DNA from: Tubiluchus corallicola
Lineage: Eukaryota; Animalia; Priapulida
DNA: 64,000 bases
Direction: 5' to 3'
Assembly (NCBI GenBank): GCA_030141605.1
Contig: JAQGDQ010000069.1
Span: forward strand, 625,126-689,125
This document shows, piece by piece, positions 1-13,110 of this stretch (position 1 is its first letter; every line of letters starts with the position of its first letter). The notes beneath the pieces are model-generated. The model saw nothing but the letters and a program-made list of their open reading frames with translations. It made no database searches and was not told the origin of the DNA. A program made the translations under genes and the position numbers.

Positions 1-1327
1 CAGTTCAGAATTTTTGTTATGTGAAAGTTACTTTTAACAAACACCATTTCATTTCATATACAGTTACTGAAAACATAACCATCATCATAAAACATTCTAA
101 ATCCTGTAATTTTTCAGGCGTGTTTAAAAAACATCGACATACTCAGATTATTTTATCTATTTTTAAATGCTGTGTTTTTGTGACTTTCATTTATTTAAAA
201 GTATCACCAGTCTTTATTTCTGTTCTACTTCCAAGATATCTGGTGCCTATTTACATACATTTGCTTGCAAATTTTATTGTGTGCATGTAAGTCCATGCTT
301 GCAATTTCTGACAGTATTTGCACGCAACCATGTATAATAGTTTAATGCACATTCTGTAATATATTAAGTGACATTCAAAGCTATTAGCGAAGGTATTACT
401 TCTATCTTCATGCATTTGTAGATAGTTCTTGATTTTGTTGTCTTTTACTTAGTGCAATAACAATGAATAGGAAGGTTGTCTACATAGCTTACGTTGTGAT
501 ATTTTTTTCATAAATGCACCTAGAATTATGACTTTGACACATTTACAATAATCACTATATTATTAGTGTGGTACACGTTAATAGAGAAATACTGTAACTG
601 CAGTGTAAGATAATGTGAACTGCATACTGTTGGTTTATGACATTAACGTGAACATCTTTTGCTTGAATGAATTTAGTGTCACAGTGTAAGCATATTGTGT
701 ACGTCAAGTACACTAAGAAGTTATGACATTGCTATTTGTTCCATTGCTATTGCTATTTTTGGATTACTTGCTTGCACTTGCGATGATTCCTTATAACAGA
801 TCCATTTCACCAAAAAAACTGGTCTCGGGCTCATTTTCATTCTCGTTGCTCAATTGAAAAGCTCTTAGTCAGTTTTTATATTGTGACATCACAATAGTAT
901 TTTCCTGTCTGAAATTTTTACAATAAAACAAATTCTGTGGCTGCGCTAAATGGCACTAAGTAACATTTTCACGAAATGGATTTCATGGCAATGCTAAATT
1001 GTATTCTGGATGATATGTCCAGTTTGATGTAAAAAAAATTGAGTAAGCGTACGACCCACTATTCACCAGCTTAGTATGTCTAAAAAAGCTGTTCATATAC
1101 TCGTATAGTGCAATTATCTACAAATATTTAAAATTTTAGTGTATATGTGCAAATATAATACATTATAATTTTGCTGAAAATTTGCTGATTATTGTTTTAT
1201 TATTTAATTAAAACTATTATTATTGTTTATTACATATTTGTTAGAACTTCATAGGTTTTGTTTGAAGTGATATTCTTGTTTTTGTGAACTAATACGTGCA
1301 TGTATCACGCTTATTGATACCTTTTAG

Positions 1328-1422
1328 GTCGAGTACGTGGTGCCACCATGCGATACGTCTATTATGATATACCTTTTTGGCCCAAAAGGAAAGCAGTTGC
1401 TCAAGTACAGTGATTTCCACAA
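1328..1422 (+). CDS. MICU3: MICU2/3-like mitochondrial calcium uptake protein, internal exon (VEYVVPPCDTSIMIYLFGPKGKQLLKYSDFH)
   Basis: ttttag acceptor at 1326-1327 and gtaaat donor at 1423. The peptide matches the MICU2/3 'T.L..FFG.KG...L...DF' segment and joins the next exon in phase 2. Upstream exons were not identified in the window. Confidence 0.85.
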
Positions 1423-1620
1423 GTAAATATCTTATTTTACCTTGGAAATTAAATTGTGGAACTAATTGTACAAATTTACATAGCAAACGATCGCAATGAT
1501 ACTACATTGGGACAAAGTTTCCTTATCTTACAACTTTAGGGTTTTTGGTGTAAATTTATTTTCTGATTCATTAAAATAGCACTTTTCACAATCATCCTAT
1601 GGTTTGTAACATTTATTTAG

Positions 1621-1798
1621 GTTTATTGATCACATGCAAACTGAAGTGTTGGAGATCGAATTCAACGAATTTGCGAAAGGCAGGAACATCATATCCGAGG
1701 AAGATTTTGCACGAATATTGCTTCGCTACACGGCCGAAAGTACAAATGAAGAGATGTATATTGAACGACTGCGTCAGCGCATCATGGATGACAGAAGA
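1621..1798 (+). CDS. MICU3: MICU2/3-like exon (FIDHMQTEVLEIEFNEFAKGRNIISEEDFARILLRYT...)
   Basis: tttag acceptor and gtaaat donor. Close match from memory to MICU3 'FMDNLQTEVLEIEF...ISEEDFAHILLRYT'. Confidence 0.92.
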
Positions 1799-2768
1799 GT
1801 AAATTAATTGCACTTACATGTAGATGACTAATGACATCACTAATGTGTTACAAAGTTGCTGATTAAATGATGCATTTAGTTTTGCCAAAGCAGTTGGAAC
1901 TAAACATAATTGTTGGAAACTTGTTTTCAGGCATCAGCAAGCCAGAGTTTTACAATGGACTAATAAAACGTGTTACCAAATTAAGTTTTAGGTGACAGAT
2001 AGATACTTATAGAAGGAACACTGATTACTTATGAGGCGGAGCCACGACTTTTTAATTTACATTAAAGGAAAGGACAAGTCACTTAGCCTGTTGGGCTTAT
2101 TTTACTGTTATCACTTAAACTTGAAAAAACATGAAAAAGAAATTTGCAAAAAATTGTCTAATAAGCTTGATCCCAGAATTAGCTAACTAATCTATTGCCA
2201 AAACTTATCGTACTTTTAACGGAAATTGACATTGCACTGCTTTTGCCGAGCTGATGATCAACGTCATTGGTGGAAAAATGGGCATTCAAAATGGAACTGC
2301 TCAAGCTTGAAATGATCGCAACCTTAAAGTGATTTTGCCAATAACACGAACATTCAAATCAGCTAAACTTCCCAGAAGACTTGGCCTTTCTTTTTAAGTA
2401 TGACTAGTATATATCTTGTATATGAAAGACATTCGAAAGGAAACACTAAGTGGTAAAAGCAAAGCGTCTTTGTTGCTTTTCTTATAAAACAAGATTTAAA
2501 AAACTACATCTATTCCTTTCATATAATAATTGCTTTTGAATCTGTAAGCTTTTGTGTGTTTTTCAATTTGACAATATAAGTGTCTCTTGTTAAATATGGC
2601 AATATTGCTAATAATTTTGCTCAATAACTTGAATTTAGTTATTTGAATCTTCAGCTTGAGGTTATTTGTTACACGAGAATTTTTTTGGTTGTATAGCTAG
2701 TTTGAAATGCAAATCTGTTCTTGATTCACAATAAAATGCAACTGTGATGTAACATTTGTGATTTTCAG

Positions 2769-2889
2769 GGAATCCAGCAAGAAATATCGTTCAGAGAATT
2801 TAAACACTTCTGTCAATTTTTGAACAATCTGGATGCCTTTATTGCTGCCATGAGATTGTACACGTACACTGACTATGCAGTCACTCAAG
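2769..2889 (+). CDS. MICU3: MICU2/3-like exon (GIQQEISFREFKHFCQFLNNLDAFIAAMRLYTYTDYAVTQ)
   Basis: ttttcag acceptor and gtaatt donor; carries the 'FCQFLNNL.DF' MICU motif; phase 0 in, phase 1 out. Confidence 0.92.
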
Positions 2890-3111
2890 GTAATTAAAAA
2901 TGTTAATGCCTTTTGTACATGGTAGTAGGTATTATTCTGAGATTTCACTTGAGGATAAATATGTTATCAAAAGAAAATTAATATTTTTGGAAAAGTGAAT
3001 CAATTCACCAGTGATTTAATATTAAGTTCATTAATGAAATTAATATTACTATTAAATGAAATTATCAGTAGCCTGTGAATAATTTTGTAGGCTCTACCCA
3101 ATATTAACTTA

Positions 3112-3215
3112 CCGTATATACTCGCATATAAGCCGAATTTAGAACTATAAAATACAATACTGAAATCAGGGGGTCGGCTTATATGCGATGTAGGCTTATA
3201 TGCGAGTATATACGG
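3112..3215. mobile_element. 104-bp Tc1/mariner-superfamily MITE in a MICU intron
   Basis: Perfect terminal inverted repeats ccgtatatactcgcatataagcc / ggcttatatgcgagtatatacgg, flanked by TA on both sides (3110-3111, 3216-3217). An extra internal copy of ggcttatatgcg is present. Confidence 0.85.
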
Positions 3216-4472
3216 TAATCTAATTCAAAATTTTGCTAATTAAAAAAAATCAGTAATTACACTAGCAGTGATTAATACCAATAATCATGTAGTACTTGAT
3301 AGGGGTTTAATTATTATTTCAGTACAATTTTAATTTTAAATTTTTAAAAGAATAATATAAGAATGCATAAACAAAAAACACCATTATACTAAATAGTTGC
3401 TATTTAAAAATTTGTAAAGTTATCATTAAATGTTTCTATTATTTATATTCTGTATAAAGTTTATAAAATATTAAACATAATTATTCCATTGCTAGTGAAA
3501 TTATAATGTGTATGTACAAATAAAAGACATTTTATTTACATTGTTGGGTAACTTGATAAGATCACAAATTGCAAAGCCAAGACAGCCACATATAATATAA
3601 CGTTGAATTTATTGCAGTTTCTAGATTCTCTGTATATCTAGTATATATATATTCTCAGTGGTGAAGAGATCCTGTAATTTAAATTAAGAAATGTTAAACA
3701 ATTGGTCCCTAGTTACAAAAACTAACTGGTAACGAAAAAGTGTAAGATTATTGTAACATCTCTGCTACATTAGTCGAATAGTGAAATGAGATATTATAAG
3801 ATAAACATTAAATTTTACAAACTGAATATGAAAACTCTAATTGTGTAAATTATAATGAATTAAAGTGTTAAATAAAACAAGAAGAATAGAAATTAATTTA
3901 CCTACAACCAAGCAAGAATTTTTTAGGTTATGCAACTAGTTTATTAGGCATACTACCGTAGTCTTATACTGTTTCATTACGTGTGAACTTTTGCAGCTGT
4001 AGACCAATTTTTTGTTATAATTATTAATTAAAATTGTAGGTACTCATCACTGCTAGGGAAGTGTATAGTATATTTACAAAGTGTCTAAAAACTGCAGTAA
4101 ATTCAGCAGGCTATTATATGTGGCTGTCTTGGCTTGATATTGACATTATATTGTCGTGACTGTCCTACTTGACATTGACATTTTAATGATGTTTTGACAC
4201 ATCAGGTGATGTCAGTTTTTTGGAGTACTTATTGTAATGGGAAATTTGTAATACTGTTTACCAAAACTTTAAAACCTTCTTGAAAATTGCACCGAAAGAG
4301 CTAAAACACAAACAGAATGACTTGTATTTGTATGATAAAATTATTTGTATACTAAAATTATTGTTTTTGTATCCCATCTCTGTTTTTAGTAAAGTTAAAT
4401 TTATTCATAAAATGACCCAGTTCTATTTTAAATTTTTTAAAGTATATCTTATTTGATATCTGTTTATTTCAG

Positions 4473-4630
4473 CTGAGTTTCAACGTGCAGTAAAAATTTC
4501 CACTGGTTTCTTATTAGAAGACCATGTGATCGACACAGTGTTTAAAATCTTTGATGACAACGCAGATGGTTTTATCAGCAATGATGAATTTATTGCGAGA
4601 ATGAAGGATAGACTTCACATGGGTTTCCGG
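4473..4630 (+). CDS. MICU3: MICU2/3-like exon with C-terminal canonical EF-hand (DDNADGFISNDE) and MKDRLH.GFR motif
   Basis: tttcag acceptor and gtgagt donor. EFQRAVKISTG...VIDTVFKIFD...EFIARMKDRLHMGFR matches MICU2/3. Confidence 0.93.
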
Positions 4631-6152
4631 GTGAGTACAATTGATGACCCACCACCCCTGGAATCACCCATGAAAACTTTCATGAGCAAATATTTTCCAT
4701 TTATTGCTTGGTGATTTTAGTTTTTCGGACAAGATATTATCGAGTAAAGTTTTTGTTTCACGGCATATGTCATTTGAATTTGTAATTTAATTCTTGAAGT
4801 ATAATACATTCATTAACTATGATTCAAGCCAGAATTTAACGGTTGGCAAATTTTAAATTGTTTGTGACATAAATACGTATTTTTTGTCTGAGGAATTCAC
4901 TACAGAACTTACCAAAATAAAACAATGTGCCAAATTACTGAAATCATATCTGGCATCACAAACTTTTCTTAAAGTGTTAAGCTGTACTAAAATAACCCAA
5001 CTTTGTTCCAATGTAGCTCACTTCTTATGTTTTTGTGCAATATTTAATCAATATGAAATATATTTTTAGTGGTGATTCATTATTATAACATTCTAAATTC
5101 ATTGTATTTTTCTACTTTTTTTGATGAAATTTTGTTTCAGGTTAGTATTGAAATTATTAGCTATTTCATTTAAAAATTTATTATTCCTCTTAGCTTTAAT
5201 TACATGTTTAGTCATGTTTATGTAATACACCAAGTCATTTGTAGCTATTTCATTAACTGTTTGTCCCAAATATACAAGAGAGTGCAAACCAAACACCATT
5301 GTAATGTGGATACTAAGAAATGTAGTGTTTTGAAATGTTAGCTTCATACTGTGTGAGAAGGTCACACTTTCAAAGCCGTATTGTTCATCTAATAGGTGTA
5401 AACTTTACCTTTTAATATTTCTGATCATAACATAGTTAGCACAGTGCTCAACCCAGTAACAATTGTAACTGCACCTTTTATTCTCTTGTGCATCGTTAAA
5501 CAGCGTGCTTTACCCTCAGTGTGTTTTGAAGAATGGCATAGTTACCCAAGGATATCTAAATGTAACGGATTGTTTGTGAACTTTATTTTGTTATTTGATT
5601 TTGTTGTTCTTGCGTTTTACTTTGTCCATGTTACTCTTCACCAGGGTAGCGGCGCTGACTGACCTGCTGGTGTGCCTACACGGGGAACACATTTAATTGA
5701 ATCCTGTTGAGCACTTTTACCATAAATGGAGTGGTATGGTACCATAAGCATCATGCAAATAGGGCTTTTTAGGGCAGCAGTACATAATTGACTGATCCTA
5801 CACTTTCATGCTACTACATGCATTGTTGTTTTTTGTTATTTATTTATTGATATTGAGTGCGTAAATTGCTATCTTTGCTAATGTCACAACATTTGGTAGA
5901 GTTCAAGAAAGCATGTGCTGCCTCGAAAACATACTAACGTTTACAGTAGGCTTAGTGAGTGGTTGCATGTTGCAGCTTATATTTGCTCAGAATGCTGTGT
6001 CTTATACAGTCTTCTCATTATAAGCTTTGCATTATCACAGGGTCTGTAACCTTATTAATGTTAGCATTTATCACCAAAGTTAGGAACTCTGGAAGTTTCA
6101 ATTACATTCTTAGTACCTTCTTACTTTTTTGTTTGCTTTTCTGTTTTACTAG

Positions 6153-6170
6153 GAGATGGCAAAGATAGAG
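6153..6170 (+). CDS. Candidate 18-nt MICU microexon (EMAKIE)
   Basis: Long T-rich tract ending ttttactag, followed by GAG|gtaact donor; phase 0 on both sides, compatible with the 4630 donor. No homology support. Confidence 0.35.
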
Positions 6171-6791
6171 GTAACTGATGAGGACGCTGTAAAACAGACA
6201 ATTTCTTAAATTTCATCGCCGTATTTTTCCATAAAGTTTATTACTTAGTTTCAAACGAAAACGCTGTAACCAATTAAGGCTTGATTTTTTGCAGCTTGAT
6301 GGTTGTTTTCCCTGCTGTGAGAGTGCGAGTTCTTTCAGATTGTTCTGACTTCTGCAGAATTATTGTTCTTGTCAACTGGTTGAAGTTACAGCATGTTTTG
6401 CTTTGGCAATTCGTGATTTCTCTTGAATTCTTTCAGTAACAAAGGTTTTTTGTGGAATTTCAAACAGGTGTAGATGAATAAACAATTGAAATGCCTGCTA
6501 GATTGCAAAAGCAGAAGGAACAAAAATGCTAAGGAAGCCTCCTCATACTGTTTTCACCATTTCCTTTTTGATTCAAGCATTTCGAAAGACGGTGTTGACT
6601 TGTTTGGAATTCACTTCGTACCAAAATTTCAGTGCAGTTATTGAATTTTGGGTGCACCACTGTATTTTTTAGTGCTGTTCCACCTCATATATGCATGAAT
6701 ATGTCCTATTACTGATAATATGAAGGTTAATCTGCTTTATTCCTCCACACTTATTTGCATATTGATTTTAATATACGTCTTTTTCTCATAG

Positions 6792-6827
6792 GATACGGTG
6801 CAAACAGACGTGTTTTCGCACTTTTAG
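6792..6827 (+). CDS. Candidate MICU terminal exon (DTVQTDVFSHF*)
   Basis: ctttttctcatag acceptor, phase 0, followed by T-rich UTR-like sequence and AATAAA at 8008-8013. No homology support. Confidence 0.3.
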   Translation, partial: DTVQTDVFSHF

Positions 6828-8581
6828 GAGACTTAACCGAGTGGACTGACCTGCGCCTCTACTAACAGCATGGAGTGAAGCATGTTAATATAGCATGTAA
6901 GATTGCTATTACCTGTATATGAGTAATACCCCAGTTAACAGAAAATGAACAGTGATTACCTAGTGCATATCTCGCCAGTGTTTTGTGACACGACTACCAG
7001 GCTATGTGACATTCTCAGAGTTAATATATCTAAGAAATAATCATCAGCATCAAACAGTCAGTCTTTGTGAAGGAAATCTATTAGGAAAACCACTTCGTAA
7101 TATATCAAAAAAAGGCAGCATATCAGCCAATAGTTGGTGATTATTATTTTTTGCAATGCAGAAGCAAATGGAAAACGTGTTTTTAAGCGTAACTCCTGTT
7201 GGTAACATACCACACAAAAGAATTTTTGAAGAATTACAAAAGTTCTGAAAATTGATAAATACCAAATTATCTGGGATTTCTGTATGCTCGCAAGCTGCTA
7301 CTCTGGTTTGGTCAAATCATTTACTAGGTTATAATAAGCATGTATTTTAAAATACAAATGTCTAACAGTTGTATGTGTGCAGGATGTATTATTTGTGCAA
7401 CTCGGTAAACATAACCGATTGTTTGATGCTGTATTTGGTACTAAACAACACCAGCATGCATTTTTACATGAACTTGAGTAAGTTTTAAATTGTGGCAGCA
7501 GTTTCTGACTGTTAGGCTAGTATGCTTTATGTTGCACAGCTGTTCAGATTTTACACTGTAGTAAATTCTTTTTTATGTTATCATTCGAGGTACACATTTA
7601 TTGGTGGTAGGTTGGAAATCTATGCTTTTGTGTATTCATTGATTGTCTTACTTCATTTATATGTGGCTATTATTAGGTAATAATTGATTACGATTTGTTG
7701 TAGATTGTTTGGTTTGTTGTGTTTTTTGTGGTATGTGTGTGAAAAATATATAAAAACAGAAATATAATTTAATGCAAAAATATTTAATATTGGATAGGGC
7801 ACACAACCCATTTACTCGATAAGTGCATGAAAAATTAGTGTATATTGGTTTTGTTTGTGTTGAATCAAAAGTAATAGTTGTACATAGGTTTTTATAATTG
7901 ATTTTTTTTAGGATTTCTTTATTGCACTTTTACATGGTATGTTATGTTTCTTAATTTTGCAAAAAGCAATTTTTAAATTTTCCATTTGACTTAACTAACC
8001 ATTGTGAAATAAAACAAAGTTTATACACATATTAAGCTTCACAGAGTGTCAGTACTCACAGAAAATGATACTGTAGTTACGCTGTTTTGAACATTTTTTC
8101 TAGTCTAGAAATTATGTAAGTAATTCACTAACTTAATGAAAAGGTTTGTAAAAACTTCATTTAAGAACAAAAAAATTACACCAGAAATATGTTCAGCAAA
8201 TTTCTGACTTAGAAATATGGCATCTTGTTTTCATATATTTACTTGCTTTGTATATTATATTAAAATGCATGCTTTAATTGTACTTGCTCTGTTACTACCT
8301 CTATAAAAACTCGTATACTCTACCTCATACCCGTTGCGTTCACGGGCACCTCCTAACATTAACTTTACATGTTTTTCTAAACTTTTTACTTTTTTAAAAA
8401 ATATTGTGTCTTCCCTTTACTGAATTTACTATGTTGCAAAATAGTCAGTGCGATGGTACAGTGTAATCACTTTGATATAGGGAAATGTTTTGATGTAAAT
8501 GAAAATTACGGTAGTCGTAAATCATAATGAAATTAAAAATGGAGGTTACAGAAATGTTCTTGTGTTTATTTTATGCATGAC

Positions 8582-9243
8582 AACTTTGTATGAGAATGGC
8601 TAATGTATTTTATCTTTTACTTTTTCATAAACAAGATTTCCAACTCATTCAACAATAATCTATGAACAATAATAGTGTCTTATCAAATTAACTAAAGTAA
8701 TACAAATGACTGCAACTTGAGATATAAACTTTGTATCAGAATGGCTAATGTATTTTATCTTTTACTTTTTCATAAACAAGATTTCCAACTCATTCAACAA
8801 TAATCTATGTACAAATTAACTAAAGTAATACAAATGACTGCAACTTGAGATAATAATTTTAGATATAAATTTCAAATACTTATTCTTAACAATCTTGGTA
8901 ACAAGCCAGCTTGAAAATGTAACTATGTAGTGTAAACAGTTAGATTCAAGGACACTAGGTACTGTTATAAGCAACTCAGATAATAATTAGAAGAAATAAT
9001 TTTTTATTCATAAAATCTAGGTAACAAACCTACTTGAATTTTTATGCTATTTATATCGTACAAACAGTTAAAAAATAAATGCTGTCACTTCGTTTGGTGG
9101 ATTAATTATATTGGAAGATAATAATTAGAAGAAATAATTTTTTATTCATAAAACCTAGGTAACAAACCTACTTGAATTTTTATGCTATTTATATCGTATA
9201 AACAGTTAAAAAATAAATGCTGTCACTTCGTTTGGTGGATTAA
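8582..9243. repeat. Compound tandem duplications of about 140-bp units between the convergent MICU and SDR 3' ends
   Basis: 8582-8727 is repeated from 8728, with the second copy shortened by an internal deletion. 8978-9104 is repeated from 9116 (period 138). 8848-8942 is a diverged relative of the latter unit. Confidence 0.85.
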
Positions 9244-9830
9244 AAAATATATGTTGTCAATCAACTAAAAGATTTGAATCTAGTTACTGACATAAAACAT
9301 ATAAATAAACCATTACAAATAGTAATGGATAGATATTGTACAAGAGTATTACCAAATCACATAATTTCTGCACGGCATCTAACAAGTAATTACAAAAACA
9401 TGACTTCCTGTAAAATTTCCTGAGTACTTAGCATACGAAAACTAGTAAATGTGGCCATCCATGTAAAGAGAAAAATTATTAAAAAATTTTGGCACCATTA
9501 AATTGTTAATGCTTATATTGCACGACAACATCAAAATGGATAAGGTACAGAGGGTCACAATTTGAAAAGATTACAGGGTGAAAATGTGCTTTTACCAAAA
9601 CATGGTTTTTCATTTCTTTAAAACTAGGTTTTTCTTCAGTATAATTGTAAACAACTGATTGCTTTTCACTCAGAATAATGTTTTAAGAAAGTATGAGCAA
9701 CTAGATTTGTTTAATAGTTACTACAAACTAGTAAAATAACTGTTTAGTAAGTTCTTCTGGACTTGATGACTATGTTGAAATGTGTACGCATCTAACAATG
9801 ATTTCTAATAACTGATTACACAAAATATCT

Positions 9831-10016
9831 CTAACCCTCAACTGGTTCATATAATCCTATACGTCCTGTTAATTCATGCAATCCCCCACCAAGTGGCAGC
9901 ACATGCCCCGTAATCCAAGATGCTTCATCAGAAGCAAGAAAAGCAATGGCATTGACGACATCATCTGCTGTACCCAATCGACCAATAGGATAAGCTGTTA
10001 CATGTTTGTTCATCAG
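9831..10016 (-). CDS. Classical SDR (FabG-like) exon 8, terminal (LMNKHVTAYPIGRLGTADDVVNAIAFLASDEASWITGHVLPLGGG...*)
   Basis: Typical SDR C-terminus P.GR.G...DV...I.FLASD.AS.ITG; stop TAG at 9831-9833. The acceptor is an AAG, so the 5' boundary is slightly less certain. Confidence 0.88.
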   Translation of the reverse strand: MMNKHVTAYPIGRLGTADDVVNAIAFLASDEASWITGHVLPLGGGLHELTGRIGLYEPVEG

Positions 10017-10981
10017 CTTTTGCACAGTGCAAAAATAAGTAAAGCGCATGTTAAACTACAGAGAGTCGAGAACTAAACTTCTCTTTAAGATTTTTCTTAT
10101 GCCATCAAAAGTCACTAAAGTCACTGCAGAGGTTGTTAAGACAAGACACAGATGGGAAAGACAAATGCAAAGAAAAATGGTGGAACTCGTGGAAAAGTAT
10201 TCCAATAAAAGACTATACAACATAGAAAGTCAAAGATAACTACACCAATAAAACCAAAAAACAGAACATTGTTAATTAAGAAAAGCAAAGCTGTTAATCT
10301 TAAATGAGCATATGTAACAGCATTTGCATTTTCCCGTATTTGAACTCAATGAGAAATAAAGTATCTCATGTATTCAATTGCAATGACTTTGTTCAGAAGT
10401 TTCCATGGTTACCCCCCCCCCCCCCAACCATAAATGATTGACATTTAATGCGTACCGTAAAGAGTAAACAATGCTGGGTATTGGTTTGTACGCAGGTGCC
10501 TTAGTAAGGAATAGTTGACTTACACAGAAGCTTAGAATGTTATTAAACTTTATACCAAATTTACATTATAATGGACCGAGTCCAGGTTGTGTAGACAGAA
10601 CAAAAAGGAATTGAGCTCAATGCCTTTAAACAAAACAAAAGTTATTATTGTGGAACCAGGGCAGCAAATTTTTAGATTGACAGCCGTAAAATGGGATTTT
10701 TAAGAAAAATTCAAAATTCCAAATCGCTTGGTGTCGTATTTTATGAATGACTCAGGTGCTGATTTAATAATAAAGTATGGTTGCACTCTTTGCTTTAATT
10801 CTAATGTAAAAAGTAAAGTTAGAAAAGCTTTTATGAATGTGTAAGGTATTACATGTAGCATGATGGCAATATGTATGGATTATATCATTTTTGTTTTTTT
10901 TAATTACTACTAATAATTTTTATTGTATTAATTATTTATGTTAAAACTGCATTGCTGTATAAAATTTCATACGAATGAAAG

Positions 10982-10983
<2 letters not shown>

Positions 10984-11032
<49 letters not shown>
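10984..11032. repeat. (AAT)n microsatellite
   Basis: Direct reading. Confidence 0.95.
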
Positions 11033-11374
11033 TATAATAGTAATTACAAGATGAGTGAGTTCACTTTTTGTTCACACTTCAAGAAATGGAACAAGTTCAA
11101 CCGAGATTTCTTTACTATCATTTCATAAAAGTTAAAAAATGTTAATTTTTACCTGCCATTTTTACTCGGTAAGCATTTTTGCTTGACAGCTAGAACAAGA
11201 AGTAATAACGCTGTTTACACAGCACAGAAACTGAGTTCTGATCAGACAGCTAGACTCAGTCAGCACTCGGTGTAAATGGCAGCCTAGACTGACACCAGGC
11301 CAGGTATTTAAAGTATAAATTTAGTTTGGTAAACAAGTAATTATGTGTTAATTTTCATCAGGAGGTCCACATAC

Positions 11375-11481
11375 CTTCTCATAATCTTCTTCAGACGTTA
11401 CCAACCCAGCGTGATAAAATATATCCGTCTGTACGATGCCTGGTGATAGGGCATTCACTCGAATGCCATACTTGGCTAATT
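11375..11481 (-). CDS. SDR exon 7 (ELAKYGIRVNALSPGIVQTDIF...)
   Basis: tatag acceptor and gtatgt donor; GIRVN..SPG...T SDR motif. Confidence 0.93.
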
Positions 11482-12207
11482 CTATAAATAAACAAAAAAA
11501 AAATCAATATTCAATAAACAAACAGTCAAGAAAAATGAAATGCGTTCGTTTCTTAATGTAACCAACTTAATAATTTACAAACTATTGATTTGTTAATAAA
11601 CTCTTATAATGCATATTAGCTTGCATGATGAATGTAGTCCTGGTTTTTTAAACCGTTATAAGTAATAGCATGACTTCAGCTTCAAAATTGTTGGACTCGA
11701 GTAGCGTTAAACTGTGTTCCTAATTATGACTTTCCTTTTTCTTTTTACATGATAATATAACATCTCTGGCCTGCACCAAGCATTACTGCCAGTAATCATT
11801 TGGACAACAAGCTAAACACTTCCATAGTGAATAGGTGATAAAGTTTTGCAAACAGGACAAGCAACCATTTGGCACTCACATCGTGCCTTAACAACATTAT
11901 CATTTAGACCCTACAACCATTCATATATAAAAAGGGAATCATCAGAGTTCAAATCTTAAATACCATTGCTCAGGGTTGTAATGAAACTCAACCAAGATGC
12001 TAACGCCCCTAAGACAGAGGTAAAAAAGTGTTATTCCAGTCCGAGCTTTCTATCAGCCTGTTTCGTATCTCAAAATTATTTTAAGAATTTTTGGTAAATT
12101 TTAATTAAAAAGTTTTAAATGACACCCATTTGAAATACACATTGGTTTAAAATAGTGCAATCTATGGGTCAAAGGGTTAATAGTTTTTAGCCAGTGTCAA
12201 AACTTAC

Positions 12208-12277
12208 CAAGCGCGGAGCATTTTGTGAAGTGTGCTATTGCTGATTTTGATAACCCGTATGACATCACACCTGAAAA
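12208..12277 (-). CDS. SDR exon 6 with catalytic YxxxK (FSGVMSYGLSKSAIAHFTKCSAL)
   Basis: ttttcag acceptor and gtaagt donor; YGLSK motif. Confidence 0.93.
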
Positions 12278-12659
12278 CTGAAAACAAGAAAATGATCAAG
12301 TAACTCCCAGACTGATTAACATTTTATAATGATCAAAAACTGCAAAGTTGAACAGCATAAAAAATAAAAGAAATGCTCTTTAAAAATACAATGTCTAATA
12401 AAATCTGGCATATTGACTGCAAACCACAATTCGTTTTAGGTAGTTTCAAATGAGAGAGAGGGCACAAGCCAGTCTTTGTGGTACATTATATTCTCCAAAG
12501 ACCATGATACTGGCTGAAAAGTAAAAACAAAAGCCGTATATATATACTCAGTGAGACGACGTCTAGTGCTGTGCAAGATTAGAAAGATGGAGAACAATAG
12601 AGAAAAAACAGATATGTAGTAGATAAAAGGCAAATGAATCCACACAAATTTTCGAACCT

Positions 12660-13110
12660 AAGGTCAAAATGGGGGCAGAATCTCTAAAGTAGACACAAAG
12701 ACCATGAAAACAGCAGTTGTCTAAGATGGAAAGAATATCTCGGTGTCACGTTTACTAGAGATATTGTCACTCAGCCTTGTCTATGAAAGTGCCAGTGTAC
12801 ATCTGGAGCATTTTGAAGCAGATGTTAACATTCTTCTGCAAAAGAGGTTATCATGGGACAGTTCGACATGAGCGTTTGTTATCCAGTGAGTTTGTTCAAA
12901 CTGACACGAAGTGCAGTGGAAATGCAGAGAAATACAAAGTTACAGTTGTGCCACAATTACAGCATCGGGACAGCAGTAAAAGTAGCCGCACTGACCTCCA
13001 TCCACGCATGTCCACAGCAATACAGTACCAGATTTGTTCAGAATGGATTGGCGTTTCAAATATTACCAGTGAGTTCAGGTATGAGATGCGAATTGTTGAC
13101 ATGTAGTTGA
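12660..13110 (+). mobile_element. Degenerate non-LTR retrotransposon (LINE) ORF2 remnant
   Basis: Frame-broken peptides SKVDTKTMKTAVV and KEYLGVTFTRD resemble RT subdomains 6-7 (YLG motif). ICSEWIGVSNITSEFRYEMR resembles the post-RT '.ILGV...T.....ELG' segment. Boundaries are approximate. Confidence 0.45.

Noticed and set aside
1931-1963. ttttcag acceptor in a MICU intron as a possible alternative or poison exon
   Set aside because: In frame it gives an unrecognised ASASQSFTMD* with no convincing donor; the gene model is complete without it.
12166-12180. piggyBac-like terminus gggtcaaagggTTAA, and a piggyBac reading of the minus-strand ORF 12896-13168
   Set aside because: No matching opposite terminus was found, and the nearby peptides fit a plus-strand LINE remnant better.
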